NCBI GenBank assembly: GCA_001643675.2
Contig: LSRY02000025.1
Span: forward strand, 558,001-622,000
Source: Monocercomonoides exilis PA203
Taxonomy: Eukaryota > Protista > Preaxostyla
Length of the DNA: 64,000 nt
Reading direction: 5' to 3'
Under the pieces are notes generated by a model that worked only from the letters and a program-made list of their open reading frames with translations, did not search any database and was not told the origin of the DNA. Position 1 is the stretch's first letter, and every line of letters begins with the position of its first letter. Positions 59,152 to 64,000 of the stretch are shown here, in pieces. The position numbers and the translations under genes are program-made.

Positions 59152-60419
59152 TAGATGAAAATCGCGTCTATATGAAAATGAATCAATCAAAGTTTGAATT
59201 GCAGAATTATTAATTTTTTTAAAGGATTGCTTTATATTTTATTATTATGCATTTATTTTATTTCGAAAAAAATATCATTTTTCATTTTTTCAAAAAAAAA
59301 TTAGAAAATCAAAAATATTATAATTTGAGATCAAAGATCAACTTCAAATAACAAATATGAAGAAGTTTAAGAAACGTGGCATGTTAACGCATTTTGATGG
59401 CAAATTCAAATCACCGATGTTAATGAAGAACGAACATCAATCTTTTAAAGAATAATTTGACTTATACGATTTTATTTTCTCATTAATAACACTTTGATAT
59501 GTTTTTGAAAACAGACAGTTTTTTCAGTCTTATTGCAAACATTCTTTATTTGTTAAATATTTCTTTTAAACAGAAGATTGTGATTATTATTTTTTTTGTC
59601 AACTTGTTTTTTTGATAAAGAAATTCATCAATTTTTAACAAATTTTCGCATGTCAAAGCTTTATTGGGATAAAAAATTTTTTGGAAGCTTTCTCAAAAAT
59701 GAATGCTTTTCTAAACAATTTCCTTGTGTGATTTGTTATTTGATCATTATTGTTTCATGTTTTTCAAGTAAAAAAATTAATGTTTGTAGTTTTTGTTACG
59801 AAAAAGAAGTTTCCAATATTTGTGAAACGCATAATTAATCAATAAATAGGAAATTTTCAATATTCGAATGTTTTTATAAAATTTTGAAGAATTCTTTATT
59901 CGTTTCTTTCATTTTCTCAGTCATTCTCCACAAACAAAAAAATCAAATTCACATGAATAATAAAAAGCATTTCAAGTTGGAGAAAAGAATGAATAGCTCG
60001 AGACAATCAGATTTTTGATGAGAATATCAGGAATGATTTGTTGGACAAGTGTAATTAAAGAAAAATGGATAGACAAGAGATATTAAAAAAAGTATTTTTA
60101 TTGAAAATTGAATGAGATCAGGCAGACAAATAGGAAAATGATTTAATATGTTTTATAAACAAAGAAATAAATATTCACATTTAAATAAAGTGGAAAAAAA
60201 GGTGTATCAGTGAATGAAGAAGTGAAATAAATAAAACTTATAAATAGTGATTTATTAAATATTATGAATAAATTTTTCATCATATTTCCATCTGAATCCA
60301 AGCTGTGAAGCATACGCATGCTGATGATAATCTGGCAAGTGAATCGTCTGAAGCTGTTACTGAAGATAGAATCAGTTTGTTAGTGAGTGAAAATTTTTCG
60401 CTTACCTAAAAACAAAAAA

Positions 60420-61200
60420 ATACTTTGCAATGGACTTCTTGTCGTATCGTCATAGCACAAAACTTGAACTTTACAAAACTACCAGTTCGGAACATTGAAC
60501 AGCGTTGTCGATGATGAAGAAAAAGTATTTGTCACAATCACACTAACTGCCTCAACTATCCCCACAACAGAAATATTATCCCCAATATTGATCGTCTATT
60601 CTTCTCTCCCATGCTTCCCACCCAGCACTGTGATTGCCTAGCTCAGCTGTGCCGTGCTCAACCCCACTGCATGCCCCACTGAATTGCACTGCGCTGTCTC
60701 GCTCATCCCGCACAGATTGCTCGTGTCATCTCCACTCACCACAACATACCAATCCTTCATCCCTACGCTCAGCCAGCACATCTTTTCTGTATGTTGATAT
60801 TTCCAACTTCCATATTTATAATAACGGCACACTCTCTTATCATTAGTATTTGTTGTGTACGATTCGTAGAATGGGTTAGCCGATGAAAAGTGATTGTCAG
60901 CATCTCGAAAATACACATCGTGGCCATATGGAGTGGAGGCGTTGCAACTGCAATCGTGGAAAAAGAAGAAATAGCAATAAATGTTGTTGCTTGGAGCTGT
61001 TTGTTGGTTTGGATCAAATCTCATTCCTCCTCCATATGACACTGCTGAGCACGAAATAAATTGGAGGCTCCTCATTTTGAATGCAGATGGAACACTTTGG
61101 CAATACATCCCCCCACCATAAGAATTTGTCAGAGAGCACGAAGTGAAGAAACACTCAAACACATTAGCGCCAACCACTTTTCAACTTTCTGTGCCAAAAC
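60420..61200 (-). pseudogene. Second fragment of the beta-helix family, paralogous to 5812-6590
   Basis: ORF 60638..61177 aligns with 5206..6501 (AFKMRSLQFISCSA, PYGHD, NPFYE.YTTNT..KRVC, YQHT) and is bounded by stops on both sides. Confidence 0.8.
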
Positions 61201-62709
61201 ATTAAGATAAAGAAATATGAAAAAATTCAAAATGAAAAACTTATCCTTTTCAAATGAACAACACAAACTATATTGGTATATTTTCCTTTTTGTTCTTTTC
61301 TTTGGAAAATGACTTTGATTATTCCAATTTCTTATATCTTTTCATTTATTACGTTTTGTCTCAATCTTTTGAATAAAATCATTGTCTGCTCATGTCTTGG
61401 TATTGATATTGTTTATTATTGCCAAATAGAATGCCATTCGAAAAGTCTATAATCCTTTTGTTAGAAAATATCAAACGTCATATCAGAAAATTTTAACCAT
61501 AACTGTTTAATGATAAAAACCGAAATATATTTCTTGTAATAATGAAACATGCTTTTGCGTTGCTGCTTTTTGATATTTCACGGAATTTTGGAGTGAAAAA
61601 AATAAGAAAAAACAAAGTTGAGGGTCGAACTTGCAAAAATATTTTTCATTCAGAAAAATATCAAGGTTGCAAAGAAATTATATCTCCAGGAATAAATAGA
61701 TGTCGTGTGTATTAATAGAATGTTATTTCATTTATATTTCAAAATCTGAAAGTGTTAGCATTCGCACTGTCACTATAACTTAAACTTTTGAATTGCCATA
61801 GCTGTTATTTATCAATGCATGATATCAAAGACAAGTGAAGGGAATTCTGAATTTCAAAAAGTTTATTTGTAATTTTTTTGGTCTCATTTGAAATTCATTT
61901 TGGATTTATTAGAATAATAATCGATAAGAGAATCACAGCCTTTAACAAAAATGCACAAATTGCATCTTCGAAGTGTCCTTCATTTTTATGCATTCATGTG
62001 ACCTGATCATTTTTTATCAATTGTCAAATGTTCAAAGAACCTTTTAAAATGAAAGAAACAATCTTAACCATTCAGCGAATCAGCAAAGGCATTTATTAGT
62101 TATTTGTTGTTTGATATTTCGCTTGAAATCAAATATTTCAAAAAGATTTAACATTTTTTTATTCAAATTTGCAAAGAAAACAAAGAAGAAGGCTCATTAT
62201 TACAAGTTGGTGGACATTTTTCCATTTTAGATTTTTCTTCGAATTACCAACTGTGAATTTGAATGCACGATCGTGCAGCAATCAAATTCTATTTTGGTGA
62301 CTCTATCGAAATTGTTAATAATAATGATTTAAACAATCAGTTTAATATCTTTTTTTCTCTTCAAAGATTTCTTAAACATTCTGAGATGCTAAGCAAAAAT
62401 ACAAAGTGATTTGAATCTGTTTTTTCTACATATAATGAGTAAAATCTGATTGGTTTTCTTTTCTATATCATCTCTAGCATCTCTCAGCTATGCAAAAGGA
62501 AATAAAAAATATTCAAAAAAAGGTTTAAGTGTATTAATGTCTTTTTGGAATAACAAATGCTCATGATGTGATTTATGAATGTTTTGTTTCAAAAGGTTAT
62601 TGGTAAGCTTTTCTGAAATGTTATATAAAAAATATAAAGCAAAAAAAGAACAAATTCATATGAAATATCTTTGTTCTTTGAAACAAAAAGATTACAAACT
62701 GATTTTCAT

Positions 62710-64000
62710 TCAAACTTTGACTTTCTTTTCTTTTCCTGCATCACCTTTTATTCCAACTGTGTTCTCATGTGAATCACGCTCATCTGTTGTTCCGAACATG
62801 TTGAAGTCTGTTAATGAAGGCTGAATCAGATTATTAATTGCGACTTTTTCCAGTAAATCTTCTACTTCGTTAATAACTTTATGACTATCTTTGGGTGGTG
62901 ATTTATCTTCAATGAACTCTTTTAACATGTTCCACATTTTATTTGCCTCTCCAATTGTTTTGACTTTTCTTTTTCTTCCTTCTTCATCAACTTTCACCTT
63001 TTCGGTTATTTCATCTTCGGAAACATTCGACTTTGATATTATTGAATCAACAATCTCTTCTTCGGATAGAATTTCTCTTGTTATTTCGTGATCTTCAGCC
63101 TGGTAAAATTCCTCGGCAGTTATTTCGAAAAGATCGCTGTCTCTGGTTTTCAATTTTTCAAACAGCACATTATACTCGTTCATTTCATCTTCCTCGATAT
63201 TCACAATTACTTTTTCTTTTTCTTTAGCAGGATCCCATTCCGCATGCTTGAAACAATTTTCTATTGTTTCCTTTTTAACTTTTTTCCAAGCTTTTTCCAC
63301 CATGTTTAAAACTTCAAGTATTGTAATCTTCGTTGCAACCCCACATTCAACTTTTGCCAGTTTTTTTCTAAGAAATAGACATTTATAGAAGTGTTTAAAG
63401 ACTTTGATAATACCTGCGTCCATTGGTTGGATAATGGACGTTACATTAGGAGGTAAATAAAATAATGAAACATGAGACAAATTGACACTATCTGCACTAT
63501 GAGCTGCACAGTTGTCGACAATTAACGCAATTTTCCTATGTGAAATGGACATTTTTTCGTTAAGTCTTTTGACGTAATCATTAAAAATGACTGCATTCAT
63601 CCATGACTTTTTTGAATGATTATAAAGGGTTGGTAAGAATTTTCCTTTCAAACATCTTGGCGATTTTGATTTGCCGATCACAAGAGGGCATAGCTTTTCT
63701 CCTGTCATACTTGCGGCAAGAAGAACGGAAACCCTATCTTTCGATTGTTTGATTCCAGAAACCGAACAACTGCCTTCGGTAAAAGTTTGTTTCGCTGATT
63801 GATTGTAAAATAAACCTAATTCATCTGCGTTGAATATGTTGTTCTCCCCATATTGATTTATAATTGTAGGCAAAGTAAAATCAATCCATTTGGCGGCACT
63901 GTCCTTGTCTGCAGACAATGACTCTCCAACGATTTTCTTTGAAGTTATATTGTATCGCATTCTCCATCGTTCTATCCAACTATCCCAGTTGCGTTCTGAA
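62710..64000 (-). mobile_element. pogo/Tigger (CENP-B-like, DDE_1) transposase; 5' part beyond the window end
   Basis: Motifs IFNADELGLFY, KDRVSVLLA, P.VIGKSKSPRC, KSWMN, LIVDNCAAH and LPPNVTSIIQPMDAGIIK (DD31D). The frame stays open to the window edge (WIERWRMRY, HTH end). Confidence 0.93.

Overview
Eukaryotic, AT-rich genomic DNA with short GT-AG introns and the standard genetic code. The gene families look like an oxymonad (Monocercomonoides-type) protist, which is an inference from recalled families. Conserved genes: a kinesin motor gene (truncated by the window start), an ARM-repeat gene, Rtf2, and a multi-C2/transglutaminase-like CC2D2A/CEP76-type gene. Also present are a very low-complexity KE-rich protein, a lineage-expanded helical-repeat gene and a ~1890-aa helical protein with a bacterial-looking core. 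A large Cys-rich beta-helix surface-protein family appears as two intact genes (2997 aa with TM and a truncated pseudokinase; 1054 aa with TM and a Cys-rich tail) and at least four decayed fragments. Mobile DNA is diverse. It includes a 4.3-kb DIRS-type tyrosine-recombinase retroelement whose ITR/ICR architecture can be read directly from the sequence, a Merlin/ISXO2 element with TIRs and 8-bp TSD, a pogo/Tigger transposase, a TTAA-flanked MITE, a 719-bp near-perfect palindrome and further MITE-like inverted repeats. All coordinates, splice sites and family assignments were made by eye and have not been verified by computation.
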